Shown: positions 62,014-64,000 of the stretch, piece after piece
Numbering within the stretch: position 1 is the stretch's first letter
Layout: each line of letters opens with the position of its first letter
Assembly (NCBI GenBank): GCA_000708835.1
Contig: DF237437.1
Coordinates: 6,679-70,678, forward strand
DNA: 64,000 nt
From: Klebsormidium nitens
Lineage: Eukaryota > Plantae > Klebsormidiophyceae
Reading direction: 5' to 3'
The notes under the pieces: model-generated
The model's input: only the letters and a program-made list of their open reading frames with translations
The model's database searches: none
What the model was told of the DNA's origin: nothing
Position numbers and translations under genes: made by a program

Positions 62014-63500
62014 TTACACTGCACATCGTGGGCAAAACCAATCTCCTTTGGGAATTCTACTGACCGGTGGATTTAAGCAATCCATGTGGTAGCCTTCACT
62101 GCAGTAATCGCAGATTAGCATCTTAGATGGTCGGTTGGTTTTCTTGCAGATTTGACAGGCCCAGTCCTCGTCGTATCCTGAAAGCGTAGTGTCCATTGTG
62201 AGATCAATGGTCGGATTATGACAGGGGGCACAATTTTCAACGTGGTCTTTGATGGTTCTACCATCTCTTCCTTGTAGCCTGAGCGCACCACTCGGTAAGA
62301 CTTCAGTGATTCGCAAAATGAGTCGGCCTACGTTGACGTTGAGGGTGTCGACTTTCCTGCGACGCAGATAGACTAGGTCCCCTACCTCAAACCGTTTGAC
62401 CTTGGGGCTCCATTTCCTGGTGCGGGTCTTGGCGTACCACAGGGTGTCTCTGTGTTGTGCGGCTTGAAGGTTGCTAAAGGCAATCGGTATTGCCTTTCGA
62501 AACTCCTCGGCGCGGTGGGCAATGACGTCTGCCCATGTTTGAGGGTCATCTAGGTTGACTGGGGTGTTGATCATGTCTCGGAGGCTAGCTCCCACCACTG
62601 GGTGGCGCCCAAACATTAAGAAGTAAGGGGAGTAGTCTCCTAGTGCAAAATGCTTGGACATGCGGTAGCCCATGGCGATCCAAGGCACCCATGTATCCCA
62701 GGTGTGAACTGCGTGAGTTAGCACGTATTTACGAACGGCTTATTTTGTGGTTTGAACGGTTCGTTCTGCCAGGCCGTCTGCTTGTGGGTGATCCCGTGAT
62801 GTTTTGCGGTGATCAATAAGAAGCTCCTTGCACAGTGTGTCAAATTCTCCCTGGAATTTTGACCCTTGGTCGGTGAGTACTTCTGCTAGTGCCCCAAAGT
62901 GGGTGCACACTTGGAGAAAAGCCTTGGCTGTTTCTTCTGAGGTGTTATCAATTAGTGGAACCAGTTCTATCCACTTAGAGAAGTGCTCTATCATTACCAT
63001 GATGTACCAGAACCCTGTTGCTGAAGGAGGGAGTGGACCTGCTAGGTCACAACTCCATCGGTACCCTAAGCCCATTATTGGTACGGGCTTGAGCACTGAG
63101 TCTTTCACATTAAAGCTGGCTTTAACGCGATCGCATACCTGGCAGCTTGCTACCAACTGCGCTACCTGCTCATGCATGCCTGCCCACCAAAACGTGGGTT
63201 CTAATAACGAGTAAGTTCGTTTAACTCCGAAATGGCCTAATTGGCGATGAATGTTGTGTACCAGTTCTGCCCTTGCTTCGGGCGGTGGGACTCTCTTTGC
63301 GAGCCCATCGTTGATTACTTTAATGAGGGTATGGTTGTCAAACTTATACCCCTGCGCTTTGCGCCATATCCTGTCCCGTTCCTTGCGGGTTGTGTGGCTT
63401 GGGTAAGTGCAACTATCCTGCAGATATTGCATAGTGTTCGCGTCAGACCAGATATCTGTGATGAGTACTTCGCCCGAGTCGTCACCAGGAGGTCTCCATC
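62014..63500 (-). pseudogene. Retroelement integrase with C-terminal PHD finger, interrupted by an in-frame TAA
   Basis: DIWSDANTMQYL...HNIHRQLGHFGVKRT..FWWAGM..CQVCDRV (HHCC), WSCDLAGP, VLTDQGSKF and DGLAERTVQ (DDE). Then TTK*AVRKYV (TAA at 62742-62740, same frame both sides), SPYFLMFGRHP, RFEVGDLVYL and PHD CQIC..LICDYC..YHMDC..DWFCPRC (62157-62023). Confidence 0.9.
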
Positions 63501-63822
63501 TCTATCTGTCCCTGGAAAGTGTGAGTTGTCTGATTCCTCTATGTCATTAGTTGATTCAACTAGGGGAATGACTGCGTCGGTGCCCGTGACGCCGGTAGTT
63601 GGCTCAGCTACCAAGCTTGCCTCTGATGGGGAAAGTGCTGACTCAGATTGAGCTTGTGAAAGGGTCTGCTTAGGAGATTCGCCAGATAGAATTGTAGTTC
63701 CCTGAGTGACGTGAAGATCGGGGGCGGCTATTTGATCTTGTGCTTCGTGCGTGGGGTTGGCATTCACTGGAGACGAGATGTCAGCACTCACCCTTGAGGC
63801 GAGCTGCCTTGAAGCGCATGCC

Positions 63823-64000
63823 TTAAGCTTCATGACGTGGCCTGTTGTCGGCAGGTCCCCCGTCGACAATCTCTGCACGGGAAAGAAAGCAACGTGGCTT
63901 GTCTAACACTTGCTGCGTGATCTCCTTGACCACGCGAATGAAGGGCATGCGGCGAATGAGGTGGCTGCCAGTACGTTGGAACTTCCTAATCTCTTTGAGG
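63823..64000 (-). CDS. Histone H3/CENH3-like fragment (alphaN-alpha1-loop1) upstream of the integrase linker
   Basis: The frame from 63999 reads LKEIRKFQRTGSHLIRRMPFIRVVKEITQQVLDKPRCFLSRAE. It aligns without gaps to plant H3 residues 48-78 ([31 protein letters not shown]) with 16/31 identities by manual count. It is absent from the ORF track because it enters from the window edge. Confidence 0.75.
   Translation of the reverse strand, partial: LKEIRKFQRTGSHLIRRMPFIRVVKEITQQVLDKPRCFLSRAEIVDGGPADNRPRHEA

Larger units (their letters stand above)
59882..64000 (-). mobile_element. 3' portion of a Ty3/gypsy-type LTR retrotransposon, truncated by the window end
   Basis: Integrase is the last pol domain (HHCC, DDE, C-terminal SH3-like region, PHD). 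It is followed by an extra ORF, a G-rich polypurine tract (minus strand cttaggggggg, 61120-61130) and TG..CA-bounded repeats. Confidence 0.9.

Overview
Eukaryotic, intron-rich, gene-dense DNA with GT..AG introns and plant-type genes. The gene set and intron style suggest a streptophyte alga such as Klebsormidium (inference, not verified). I reconstructed 11 host genes by hand: an unknown Ser/Pro-rich protein running off the left edge (absent from the supplied ORF track), RPL6, an ACC-synthase-like aminotransferase, a GT31/HPGT-like galactosyltransferase, an intronless glutamate formiminotransferase-like gene, a conserved plant Lys/Arg-rich protein, mitochondrial gamma carbonic anhydrase, a diacylglycerol kinase, CDSP32 thioredoxin, an AB-hydrolase lipase and a PH/coiled-coil/Pro-rich/WH2-like protein. 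The right end (59882-64000, minus strand) is the 3' part of a Ty3/gypsy-type LTR retrotransposon. It is the most striking object here: a histone H3/CENH3-like segment lies just upstream of the integrase, the integrase ends in a PHD finger, an intact extra ORF follows pol, and a 130-bp TG..CA repeat occurs twice at the 3' end. A second theme is repeated duplication of exon edges (splice site plus a few codons) inside introns, including an array of about 9 decoy acceptors in the gamma-CA gene. Exon boundaries were read by eye and no database searches were run.
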